A stretch of 64,000 nucleotides of DNA, from the NCBI GenBank assembly GCA_036172245.1, contig JAYWIR010000004.1, forward strand, positions 1,178,001 to 1,242,000, in the 5' to 3' direction. Below, piece after piece: positions 1-12,819 of this stretch; the stretch's first letter is position 1; each line of letters starts with the position of its first letter. The notes beneath the pieces were generated by a model, which did not search any database, had not been told where the DNA came from, and saw nothing but the letters and a program-made list of their open reading frames with translations. The stretch is from Raillietiella orientalis. Lineage: Eukaryota. A program made the translations under genes and the position numbers.

Positions 1-721
1 CCCTGAGACCATGCTACCTATTGGAGGTGAGATTGTATGTTTAGGAGTTTAACAGAAAAAATAGCTTGTTGTTAAGGGATATCTAAGAGCCACCGCCGAT
101 TTTTATCTAAGGCGTCTACGTTCCCTGCTCCAGCATTAAGGAAACAGCCAAGAGTGAAGCTTCATGATATTGTTGTCATTAATGAAGGTTCAAACCCAAC
201 TAATGATTTTCAAGAAGAATGGAATAGATTGAAGGTTTGGAGAAGTTTATAGAATATCGTGTATCTGTTTATCAGGAGCTGAAGCCTATGCAACCTATCT
301 TGGATCACAATGGCAAGAAAAAAGGCAGAAGACCATGCAGTCTGCAGCCAATTGATGCAAAATCATTGCTATTAATGAGCTCAAGATTCCAAGAATTTGT
401 CCAGGACCATGTGAACGAATCAATCAAGTATCAGCAAATTATCTTCGCAAAAATAAAGCAGGTTGGCTATGGTTATTAAGACAATTTGTGATAGAAAATT
501 AATGTTAGTTGGAAAATCAAGCTTCCAGTATCCTTGAAAATTTTAACAATAATTACAAACTAGCGAGAGATTACATAGATATTGCAGCAAATCTACAGGA
601 GACTATGGATGCCTTGGGTCAGAATCAAAAATTATTTGAAGAAGTGCAAATCAAACTTATTAAACTGAATGAACAACTACCAGAAGAGCATTGTATGAAC
701 ACTTGCTCTACTCTCAATTGA
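1..721 (+). CDS. BORCS5: BLOC-1-related complex subunit 5 (BORCS5/LOH12CR1/myrlysin)-like, 5' end probably outside the window. Exons <1-26, 77-234, 276-461, 509-721
   Basis: GT-AG introns of 50, 41 and 47 nt join an open frame: ...RVKLHDIVVINEGSNPTNDFQEEWNRLKELKPMQPIL...LQPIDAKSLLLMSSRFQEFVQDH...KIKQLENQ...LIKLNEQLPEEH*. This parallels the BORCS5 pattern as recalled (DDIVVV.QG; KLQEIP.F.P.L; RYQDHL; RLNSMLPE). Confidence 0.8.
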
Positions 722-3717
722 ATTGTAACTTCATTCTGTACTTGAAGGCTGAGGATTTGAATGTATGGTGACAAAGATGAATGCAAATTGCTTGTGGTGT
801 TGACCAATGCAGTGAGTAAACTAAATGAAATTTTTAGTAGTATTTATTGTGTTAAGAACTGAGCTCAGTATGTGTGTGGCACCATGTATTGTTTTTGATC
901 ACAAAGTTTTACTTATGTAAACCTCTGTGTTTATTTTATTTAAAGATTCTATGTTTGTAAAGTTTCTAAAGAATGAAATGGAGACTGAATTATCTTTATG
1001 GAAGTTGTTTCAAAATCTTACATAGTATTTACAATATTTTGAAAAAACAAAGAAAATTCAGAATTTACTTCCTTTGTCTGACAAGGGAAATTTGTGTCTG
1101 ATTGTCAGTGATAAACCAGGTATTTAAGGACAACAACTGTTCATGTTCACTGAAAGATCAGTTTTTTTATTATAAATATGATAATTACTAATAGTGTGTT
1201 TATATTTTTATAGCTTCCAAGAATTGCTGCTTTGTGGTTTTTTATTATCTATAAATTTACTTCATTGTAGATTCATTTATTTATGCAAAGAGCACAGATG
1301 GAAATCAGTGCAACTCAGACATAGAAGCTTTGTTTTAACAGTGGATATAGGAAATGCCTGTATCAAGAATGAACTGAAAGAAATGTGATGAAAAGTCTTC
1401 TAACTCAATCTAAAAAAATTAAGTTCTTGTAGACATAAAAAATTCAAAGTATATTGACAATAAATCCAATATAGATTATGTCTGCACCAATTTGTATCTA
1501 CATTTTTATCGAATTTGCTCAAGAGCAGCAAATTCAAATTGGATGAAATTATGAACTTATGTAATCCATTGAAAAACAAAAAGGTAAAAAAAATGAAAGT
1601 GCAGAAGAATTTGTTGAATATAGTGATTGATGAATGAGTTGTTACTGCATAGTGTAGCCAGATACATCAAAACTTCATACATTTTGACTGACTGGGATTT
1701 AGTCAAATGCAAAAGAATAAAATAATTTGATTTCTAGCCCAGTTGAAAGCATACAATGTTTAATAAGCTTTGTAAAGTATATTGGTTTGGAAAAGTTGAA
1801 AAGTTTTAGAAATAATTCTTTGGAAAGCTGGCTTATGATGACATGAAAATATACAGATTGTGTAATGGTTACATATTACAGTGTCGAAGCATTTATATGC
1901 TCAATGAAAACTGACTTCGTGTTTGCAGGTGGCAATGTTACTTATCACTGTACACGATTAGAGTTGCCCTGTGGCAAACCAAGCATGTTTGTCAAAAACA
2001 GCTACATCAGTTTTTGTATTACTATTATTATTATTATGGCTTTTCAAACACTGGATTGTTAAGTCTCAAGAATGTTCACTAGAGGTTTAGTTGAAATTTT
2101 ATCATTGTTCTTTAATTGCCAATTTCACTATTTGCCTGAACACACTGTATAGAAAAGAATTTTCATACAAGGCCTGGATTTGATTTCCGAAATATTATGG
2201 TCGCTGGATTTTTTTTTTTCATTGTACTAATGACAGTTGGGATGAAAAAAGTTTTCGACCTTCAATTGGATGCCAGGATTCGGTGTGTCTTCTGTTATTT
2301 GGGGGACTTTTTAAGCCATAATTCTGTTTTATCGAAATTATCTCTTTTTCCAGGTTATATGATAGTATCATCGACCTTAACTCAGCGATATTTATCACGT
2401 AATTGAATCGTGGCCTAGATCTAGTTTGAATGGAAAAAAATGAACCAAATTCTAATGAGTAATGATTTCATTTTCATCTTCAGTATTCCTCAGCAAAGGT
2501 TATTTGTGTAACATTTATTATGTTACATAAGGCATTTTTATCTTTCATCCAGTGATGTTTGACTTGTGATCCTGTATGTTTTCAGTGTCCAAAAAATACC
2601 GAATGTACGTCGAATCACAAGTGTTTCTGCATCCACATATCTGTGTAAGTTTTGATACAACTAACGAAAGTCAGTCAGTAAGTAAGCAACTACTTGAAAC
2701 AACAACTTATAGTATTTTTCGAAAAGATATGCATGCTTCGATCACTTATATTTTGTACGACGCGGATCTTTTTTCCGGGATCGTGTTGACTTCCTTGCAA
2801 AGTTTGCCTGGCATCCGTAGTTGTAATTGATTCTCCCATTCTGCCTTGTCCTTGATCAGTTATTGATAGTAAATACATTGATATATTTTACTGGCATGAA
2901 AATTTCGTGTTCTTAAGAAAGTAGAGGATTTCGTGAGTTCTTCCGTTTGCTATCAATACTTCACGGTGTCATTTCTTTCACTGTTGGTACTCATTTTTGA
3001 TATTACACTTTCATCGCCTACATTTTTGAAACTAGAAGAATCGTCAGCAATCCAGATTGCAAAAGTGCTCTTTTCAATCAGAATGCAATCTTTGTCCGCG
3101 GTCCGCATTTCTATGGAGTAAGAGCTACACTTCCGTTTCTTCCAGGTTAATTTGAAAGTCAATCTGAAAATATCAGATGTTTTCATCTTGGAAGCCCCCT
3201 CTATTGAATTCCTCTTACTTCAGTGCACGAAACTACCTTAGTATTAGAAGTTAGTCTAATCACACTACAATTCATGTTAGTTCGGCAGTGTATGGTTAGA
3301 AATTTTTAACTTCCATATCTATCTGCTTAATATAAACTGAACACATGTAGAAGGAAGAAAGATTCTGCTTTCATGTCTGCGGAACGTAATCTTGCACCTT
3401 GGTCTTAGACACAAAAGCACAACTTCATGGATAACTGATTGCTACCTAAGTTTTATATTTGTATTTCACGGACTTATTCTCATTACTTTCACCGTGGCAA
3501 TAATGTAACTGATAAGGTTTTACCGAGGTCCGATTATTCCTATTGGGAAAGCTTCAAATAAGCTTGTTATTCTTAGCAGCTATGATTAGTTTACATTTGT
3601 GAGTACATACGACATTTGGAGGTAGTAAACAAAATACGGTTCTCTCTAGCAATGATAATTCTTTATTCGCAACTTGTGTTTCGAATCTTGCATCTGAAAC
3701 CGAATAGGCAATATTAC

Positions 3718-3742
3718 AGATCTAAGTTTTGAACTTAGATCT
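3718..3742. repeat. 11-bp perfect inverted repeat, 3-nt loop
   Basis: AGATCTAAGTT-TTG-AACTTAGATCT read directly. Confidence 0.8.
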
Positions 3743-5211
3743 ACTTGACCAACTTTGCTAGCTGAACTACTAGGCAACTAGCTAACTGCAAGGAAATTCA
3801 AACAAGAATTGCATGAGGTGTCATTAAGCGCTGAAACTTTATGTTGAAAGTTTTCTTCCGTGGCCACTGTATGATGAATACGTTTACATCCGATCTTGAT
3901 TAGTCAAGAAGCATCCCGACTTTCCAATCAATTTGAATTTTTAATCAACATAGATTGTGAAATGCTAATGGTTTCGTAACTGTATCAGAGAAATCACTGT
4001 CAAAGAGAGGAATGATTATTATCAACTCTGTACTGGACATGGAACTTTGATCTGTTTTTCTACATACAGTGTATGAGTTTTTACACTGTTTCTTAATGCC
4101 AAAAAGGAATTAAAACTATGCATTTCGTACATTTTTTTTTAGTGGAATTATCTCGATTCTTCTTAAATGGTCATATTTTTTTGGAACATTCGATACACTG
4201 AGTGTTGATTCAATACTGCGTGGTTATTACTACAAAATAGCCTTTTAAAAGCAGTATTAATGAAATCAAATAATAAAAAAAAACACTCTTGGAAAGACAT
4301 GTACTCATGATTTATGTATTCATTATTTATCTCAACTATAAGTCGGATTTATCAGATTCCAGAAAATTCGCAAATTTAGAATTTCTATAAGTTGACAATT
4401 TATTAAGCAGAAATGTTTACCTTTCTTATTTAATTATCAGCTGCATAATGTTTTTCTGCATTTGTTCCATGGATTTACATAGAATGAATTACAAGAACTC
4501 AAGATGAATTATTATTCCAGAATATGACGTAAATACTTCTTCAGCACACAAGACTGATATTGATCTGGTATCAATTCTGTAGAAGTTGAGAGATTGTTTT
4601 AAACCATCGATCATTACCATTAGAAGCTGTAGGAAGCTATCACAAGCAATGTTGCTCGTTTCGATTCGGAAAATTCTCTGCTTTGAGTGCTTCTGTATGT
4701 CTTAGAAGTCCTAACAAGCAGAAGGTGTTGGTTTCTCTTTGTAATAAATCTGAGTCGTAAGCTTCCACCTGCGTAAAAAGCGAATTTCTCATTATTACTT
4801 TCGCTTTGTCATGGTATGCCTGTTTGCAGAGTAGCCGCATGAGGATATTCTGATAGTTCCCCAAACGAATCTCCTGTGTGCTGCTTTGGCCATTTGAGGA
4901 CGGACAAAAGAAAAACAGCATTCAGTTTTCCCCGTAGCCCTGTGCGTGAGTGTTTAGTGAGTGGAAATACGAGCTACTAATTTGCCGGTAGCTCGTAGTT
5001 GTGTGTTTTCACTAAACAAGAAAAAAAAGGGAAGAATTTTTTCTTTCAGAAGAATGAATTGTTGAAATTATAAGGCCACTGACCAAGCATAAGTAATCGA
5101 TGCCATACTCTTTGAGAAAAGGGTCTTTGGTCATATGTTTGTCATATCATATCGAAGTTAAGGTGCTTATTCGCGAATTACTGTTGCACATGATATCTCA
5201 AAGCATGGAAC

Positions 5212-8200
5212 ATGGATAAGTCAATAAACAGCATTCATTTCAATCATGATAAAAGTATGTACATTTAGTCTGCGTACAGAAATAAGGCACAGGGAACAAG
5301 TACATTGCATTAGTAGCAAAAGCTATATTTTTTTCTCAATAAAGTATCTATAAAAACAAGTGTTGTCGTTTAAAGTTCATGGGAAGGTTTTTTTAACATG
5401 ATGAAATTTTATTTGCAAAACTCGGCAGTGATTATTAGTTTCTAAGTGCCTTTAATGGGTGCACCCTGTATGAAATTTTCAAGTACTTTATTGTGCCTGT
5501 GGCTTATATCGTTTCCAAAAATATATATGTAAGCCTCCAGCAGTTAATTCCAAATTTCGTCAGTGTGTTTCGTCAAAGGTTTCTGATGTTGCCAAAAAAC
5601 TACGTTTCATTACGAATATGGTATAATAGATAACAATGGTGCTCATTAGTTAATTACTACCTAAACATTGCTAAGACAGTCTTCCGTTTTTTTAAAAAAT
5701 TGCAAAATTCGTGACATTTGAAAGTTTGTTGTTTGCCATTGCGAATTTGCTTTTCTTTTCGTTTGTTATCTCGAGATGTGTTTAAATTGTTTCATTAAGT
5801 ACACAAATTAACTGAATAATGTGTGATAATAAGTGTGCATTTCAAATGCGAACTTTTAAGCAAAGGTGTATCCAAATTATTGAAAAGAAACACTTTAGAA
5901 TGGGAAAATGCAAGTTAGCATGCATTACAGTCATAATTTTATATAGGAAAGCTTATTCATCAGTTGAAAATTTTTCATGATTGTTCCCTAAAAAACAAGG
6001 TTAATTAAATTATATTTCTAGGTTTGTTCACTGTCTGTATGCCCACTGGAATTTATTTATTCAATACAGAGCCAGTATGTGAATTGCTCAAAATAGGTAT
6101 GACTTTCATTTTAATCTTCAATTTACTGAAACATCTGAAGATTCCAAAATTGTTGGAAATGTCAAGGATTGTGCAATTTTGCATCGCAGTAATATTTTGG
6201 TCATGGTTGGAGGAGGATTTGGTTCAAAATTTGCCGAGAACACAGTATTGGTGTATGATGCACAAACTCAATTATTTGTAATGGAATTCACATTTACAAA
6301 TATGGTTCTTGCTATTCAAACAAGAAGAGATAGGTATGTGCTCCTCAGTTCTGTTCAAATCCTATTTATTTGTTAGATTAGTTATAGTTTTACAGAATAA
6401 CATATATGTTTATTCATTTCCTGATTCACCAAAAAGATTAATGACTATCTCCACTCATTCCAATCCATTGGGATTATGTGAAATAAGTCCACTGCTAACT
6501 TCCACAAAACACATCATGGTTTTTCCTGGTCTAAAAGCTGGAAGCTTACAAGTTATGGTATGTTTCTTTATGTGCAAATGAAAAGACTGTACTACTCATT
6601 TAATTTACGAACTCTATACAAGAGTTGCTTGGAACATATGTTGAATCTTTATATTGCACTTTAACTTATGATAATTTATTGTTTTTGAATAATATGATTC
6701 CAAGATATAATTGATGTTACTTAATCAAGATAATATGTATGTTGGATGTCTGCTGGAATATTGTTTACAATCTTAAATGTACTCAGGTACTTATTGGTTG
6801 GTGTTTTGAAACTCTCCAGAGTATCAACAGTGCTCAATCCAGGGTATAATCTAAATTCAAAGTACTATTATGGATATCCAGTTTGGACAATCTGTGTTTT
6901 CCCCTTTCTATAATTTCAATATAGCCTTCTACACAAGCAAGGTTAAACTTAGCACTGATTTTCTTTTTACTCAGTCTGGTGGCAGTTTGAGTTTCTGCTG
7001 CAGTCTCCCAGTTTCAGCAGTTTCTCTTTGTGCTAAACAAATTCATGCGATTCTTTTTGACATGAAATGCTGTAATTCGAAATTAGCTTCTAGTTTGATA
7101 GACTTTTTCTTGTGGGTGTTAGATTTGGCAAATGTTTATAATTTAGATTACACCACGTATTTAGATTACATGTTCACTGTTAGAATGATTTGCTTTCATG
7201 TGGAATCCTTATAAATTTGTTAGAAGGTGAAAATGTGACATGACTTTATTGGTATGCTTGAGTATTTGCAATTATGTGATAATAACTTCATTATGGTGGA
7301 ACTGATTTATGTTTTGCAATTAAAATTTAGCTTTAGTTTTGTTGATTGGATTGAATTTATCATAATAAAAATATTCTAATACCATGCACCATTATGTATT
7401 CAGATATTTCACACCACAGAATTGAGATTTGTTTGAGAAAAAGAGGATTTTTTTTTCATTGTCTTTTTTAACAACACTTCAGTTTTAGAAAGTTTCTAAG
7501 TTTTTTTTTTTGATTGTATCTTTAGTCTACTTTTTAGCATAGACATTTTTCATGTTCTCTTAGAATTGTAATGCAAACTTAAGTATTTTAAGTAAATCTC
7601 TTAAGATAAAGTAAATCTCTCTTATTTACTGGATGCATTTTCCACCAATAGTTTTGTGGTCTGTTCTGCAAAACTTATTGTTCTGCAATGCTCTATTGAT
7701 TAAGAAGGGGTGAAGATTCATCAAGGAATTTGTATGCTGTATATCTTATTACAGAGAGTTTTTACCTGCTAAGAAACATATGACATAACTGTTGTCATTA
7801 TAAACCTTTTGCACATCAGACCATTCTGCATTTAATGGTATCGAGTGGTATTCTGTATTCCAAATGGCATTTCTATCTAATCATCTTATGTGGAATTCAC
7901 GTTTGCAACTTTGAATCTGATCCTTCATTTTGAGTTTATACATTAATTGTCATATAAAAATTCATTTGCAGATGGTGGATTGATTCATCCATTATAAATT
8001 GATTGGTGTTTAAAGTATACTGTAGCTGTTGGTGACGAGTTGCAAGTTTCATTAAGAATGAATTTTATAAAGTACTCTTGCATATCGTATTTGTCATTTG
8101 GCATATTTGTGAAATTTGACTACTCATAAAGGTGATTTAGGAATACGGTTTTTTACCATCATAGAATGTTACAGTGACTGGGACCTTACAAAGATTTCTC

Positions 8201-10503
8201 TGAAAATAAGTGCTATAATTGATGTAAATGATATTATTATAGCAAAGGATGGAGTAGCATAAAAACTGAAACTTCGAAAATGAAAAAAGGAATTCTAGAG
8301 AAAAAAGGAATCACTTACTTGCTTAGAGAGTCATTAGCTTGTGATCTCAGTTTTCATAACATAATGCCAATCAAGTATGAAGTCAACTTCAATTCTGCAG
8401 AATTGAAGTTCTGGAAATAATTGAAAAAAAACTGGGGGGTCTAGAAAACTGAAATTTCAAAGGAAGCTATTAAACTCTTTTAAAAAGGTTCCAGAGCCAT
8501 AGAAAATATATGTAAAAGTAATTACATATTTAATGAAAAAATCATGGATAATAAATATAAATGTAAAATGAAATATCTTCTTGAACAAAGCGGATTCTTT
8601 AGTAATTCTTCATGCATGTTGGAAATATCTTCATGGTGATGTTCAGTGTTTCATTGGAAAGCCTTGATATTTTTGTAGATTGGGACCTAAAAGGTTCACA
8701 AAAAAGTTCTTAGGGCATGCTTTTATGATTTGTTTTTTGTGGTTAGATGGTCTGTAAGAAACTTGGGTTTGGAGCAGTTTTAAACTTGGTTTGGGAATTT
8801 GTGGATATTCAGCCCCATTTTCCATGTCCGCCTTCGTGTTTCTTCTATGCATCAAAATCCTTCTTTCCGAGAAAGCAGAAACAGTACTTTCTAATAGTTT
8901 AAGTCGATTTCAGATGTTTTTGTGTTATTTTTTACATCAACTTTTTGATGTGTAAAGTCAGTACAGTTTTAAAAATTGAGGATTTAAGCTCTGTATTAAT
9001 GGGATTATAAGGCATTAATATTCCAAAATAAAATAAAGGTTTTATCACGTAATTGAGTAGTCAAAATACAGAGTCAAGTGTTCATAAAGCATTTGCAATT
9101 TGCTGAAGAGGATCAGGATTTGTAGACTTCAAATTCAAGTGTTTTGAATATGACATGTTTCAATTGATGTGAAAACCACTTAGCAGCAACTGTTTATACC
9201 CATCCATAGTGTACACTGTTAAAACATAATGTATATAGCTGAAGTATCCATGCGTCTCAGTTGTCAAAGCAATTATTATGAGTGCTGATGGGATGTAGCT
9301 TTAGTTTGGAATCCCAGAAATCTTTGCACTTAGCATGATGGGACTTGAAAAATCTTAATCTAATTATCAGAGAGGAAGTTTGCATGTTGAGAAACTTCAT
9401 CTATTTACTCCAACTTTTACTATCAGTAAGTGAATCTCTTTTGATAATGGTCTAGAGTTGCATGTAGTGATGAAGAATTTTTGGCTTTTTGTTTTACGTG
9501 TTTTGTTCCCAAGAAAGAAACTTGGAGAAGAAAATCGGATGTTTATTAATAAAAGATATTAACTGCTGCATGTTTCTGTTATCAACTCTTGGATTCAATG
9601 GAATGTAGAGCATGATCTTTGTGATTCCAGATGCTCACTTAAATATAAAGCCTTTATTTTGAGTTATTGAGATTTGTTTTTTTTATTACTATGTGTGCAA
9701 ATACTATAAACTTAATTATTTAAGTCATTTTTTCTTCATCGTAAGTTTTCTATGATGAACTTGTCATGTCATCTGGAATATATATGATTCCAATAAGATT
9801 TCAGAAAAGCAATGTTTTAGAATTTTTCTTCTCCTGAAGTGAAGTCATCCAGCTCTCCCATGTTTGTCAATGCTCATGAAAATGAACTGGCTTGTCTAGC
9901 TTTAAATGAACAAGGAACTTTGGTAGCAACAGCATCCCGTAAAGGCACTTTACTACGGATTTTTGATACCACTAAGCTTGAAAAGCTGGCTGAATTCAGG
10001 AGAGGTTCCAATGCTGCTAAAGTATACTGGTATTTTTTGCAATTAAGCTAAATCTTATTTTATTGAAAACATTACCCACTAGCATTAATTTCAATGCAAA
10101 TTCAGAATTTATTTCTTGCTCCAGTGACAAAGGCACAGTACATATATTTGCCTTGAAGAATCTAGCTTTGAATCGCACATCAAGGTAATGCCATTTCCTC
10201 CAAGTCAGTGTATTTTCAAGAATTGGTTAGTTTTTCCAAAATGAGTTTGCTGGGCAGTTATGTTGAATCTAAATGGGCATTAGCTAGTTTCACAGTGCCT
10301 CCAGAAAATCCATGTATATGTGCATTTGGATCCAGTTCTACAATATATGGTTTGTTTCCCCCTGATTGTTCTCACTTTTCCTTTTGTATTTAGCAGTTTG
10401 TATGGATGGAAGCTTTTTCAAATATTTTTATACGGAAGATGGCCGCTGCAGCTGCAAAGCATATGATTGTCTCCATGATCTTGCTGATGATGATGAATTC
10501 TAA
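5212..10503 (+). CDS. WDR45: WD repeat phosphoinositide-interacting protein 4 (WIPI4/WDR45, Atg18 family PROPPIN). Exons 5212-5254, 6022-6096, 6141-6333, 6377-6557, 9821-10029, 10083-10184, 10231-10349, 10394-10503
   Basis: The spliced frame contains [59 protein letters not shown], the FRRG lipid-binding motif, [27 protein letters not shown] and the C-terminal DDDEF* typical of WIPI4. All introns are GT-AG. Confidence 0.93.
8385..8410. repeat. 26-bp perfect palindrome in the long WDR45 intron
   Basis: AACTTCAATTCTG|CAGAATTGAAGTT is its own reverse complement. Confidence 0.9.
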
Positions 10504-10694
10504 TTTTATGATTTTTTAAATATATTGTTCTATTTTTCAAATTTGATTAAGATCATTATTTCTCATGGTATATTTCTGTTGGTAGCAGTTGTTTCTCATA
10601 TCACTAAGATGAGTGTATTATTCATGTATATTTTATTGAATTTATTTAATTGAATTGAATCAGTGACATTGTTTATTTTTAAACATCAAAAATT

Positions 10695-12093
10695 ATGAAT
10701 AAAGAAAACACACGAAAAAGAGAAGAAGTAGTTGACTTGGAAAGTCAAGTCATTCTTCGTATGCCTTTAGTAAGTACTTTTGTTGCGTTGTCGTCTAATA
10801 ATTACAGTAGCCAGCTGCAACGGAACTGGAAAAACTGCTGAAATCTGGATCTCCGACTCTTAGAGATCGTTTATTCATTCAGCTTGAAAATGACATGAGG
10901 CATGGTTTTGTGCGCTTTGACAACACTGTGTTCCATCTTAAGGTAAATAACGGCTCACATTCGTTTCTAAGACGACATTTGGTTTGTAGGTTGTAGACTT
11001 GCCCACAATTATCGAATCATACAAGACTATTGATAAACGTACATTGTATAAGACTGCAGACGTTTGTCAAATGCTTCTTTGTCGGGAGGAGGAGGATCCA
11101 CCAACTCCTGATGAAGAGAGTCCAGCCAAAGTTCGTAAGAAAGATCCTAATAAAGTAGATAAGAAATACTTGTGGCCTCATGGCATTACGGCACCTCTAA
11201 AAAATGCTCGCAAACGTCGTTTTCGCAAAACATTAAAAAAGAAGGTAATATAGCATGATGATGGTGAACAAATGTGGCACTCTGCATTAGTTTATTGATG
11301 CTCCAGAGATTGAAAAAGAAGTAAAACGTTTGCTTCGAGTGGATAATGAAGCTGTTAACATACGCTGGGAAGTAATCAGTGAGGAAGATGAGAATAAAGG
11401 CAAGCACACAGCCAATGCTGGACAGGGAAGTGGTGGTAGTACTGGAGTCACAGTATGTGGGACTTTTTGTAATCCTCAGAGTACAGGCATAGGTGAGTCT
11501 TATCATTATTTTTGTGTTCTTTTTAATGTTAAAATGTGGACAGCTGAACATGATCTCTTTGGAGAACCAGTCAGTGATTCTGATGAAGAAGGACTGCCTG
11601 CTAGCTCACTGCTCGATGAAGACAGTCAGACACTTGACAACAAAATGTTTGATATCCAGGTACAGGTGCCAGCATGTTAAGTTACAATTTGTGTAGTCAG
11701 ACATAAAGCAGGAAGAAGAAACGAATGATAGGGATTCCCAAGAAGAAGGCAGTCAGTTTGGTTCACTTGATACAGAAAAGGATGTTCAGTCTCAAGGTTT
11801 CTCATATACATTTAATATTTTCTTGCCATTTTTCATGCATTTTCAAGTTGGTCTCACTGCTGAACTTTTCAGTAACACAGATCCAAAGTGAATTAGCTCA
11901 ACTGCAGAGTAAGCGTAAAAGTCAAGAGGACCAGCTAAATGCCATTGAGAATGTCGCTTTGCAGGCACGATTTCGTAAAGAAATAAGTAAATTACAGAAG
12001 TTAGAACAAGAGAAAGAAAGAAAAGTATGCTAGAGGGAGTTGATTTCATTAAGAATAAGTGTATTCTAGCTGCAAGAATTATTGCATGAATGA
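10695..12093 (+). CDS. TAF7: TFIID subunit 7. Exons 10695-10769, 10811-10942, 10990-11244, 11291-11492, 11544-11659, 11697-11796, 11873-12024, 12070-12093
   Basis: [11 protein letters not shown]...[31 protein letters not shown]...[58 protein letters not shown] and a C-terminal coiled coil [10 protein letters not shown]. The [11 protein letters not shown] segment is arthropod-like. Confidence 0.96.
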
Positions 12094-12165
12094 AAGTCTA
12101 CAAGTGTTGTGCACATTGCAGGCACACTTCAAACTTCAGGGAAACCAATCCAAGCCAAACAGCTC

Positions 12166-12171
12166 AATAAA
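12166..12171 (+). promoter_or_regulatory. Candidate polyadenylation signal for TAF7
   Basis: AATAAA 72 nt after the TAF7 stop codon. Confidence 0.5.
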
Positions 12172-12779
12172 TTCTGTTTGAGTTCTTGGAGGGTGACAGT
12201 GCTATTATTGGCACTATTCGATTGCTAAAAACTGTAATGGTGTAAGTTACTTGAAACACTCCCTCTGTAAGATAATGTATCAAAAACAGGCGTGTTACAA
12301 GTTCATTAAATTCTAGATAATTTATTGTTTCTTAAAAGTGTTTCTCATTGTATACAATCGAATTTTATTACTTGTGTGTGCTTTTGGTAATGCACAATGT
12401 GCAGTATTGCATATCTGAAATAGTTCGCTCTCGTGTACGCTGATCTATAATATTTCCAAACATATGGTTGTCCTTTAAGAATGTTATAAAACAATGTTAC
12501 CTGAGAAATCAAAGGAAACAAATTTGAGCCTTAGAGATGGTGCTTTGTGCTTGGTTTTGATGCATATTCTTGAATTATAGCTAGAGCGTTTGATTAGTTA
12601 AGAGTGGGGGTTGTGACCTGAAATGTTTGTTGAAAAATCTGGAAGAAAGCTCAGCATCTGGTCCTGTGTTCAATCATGATATTTAAAAAGATGCATTCAA
12701 AATTTCGGTTTGCATCATGATCTACCTCCTAGTTACAGTTACTTGGCTTAAGTACAAGATCTATAATTAATAATAGATT

Positions 12780-12819
12780 TGGAACCTTTGCAGATCTTTG
12801 AAGACCTGCAAAGATTCCA
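12780..12819. repeat. Imperfect ~18-bp hairpin
   Basis: TGGAA-C-CTTTGCAG-A-TCTT-TG-AAGA-C-CTGCAAAG-A-TTCCA, directly preceded by a second AT-rich near-palindrome (AGATCTATAATTAATAATAGATTT). Confidence 0.7.

Noticed and set aside
10808..10810. TAG reassigned to a sense codon
   Set aside because: The only case is explained by a NAGNAG acceptor. No other conserved gene here needs an in-frame TAG.
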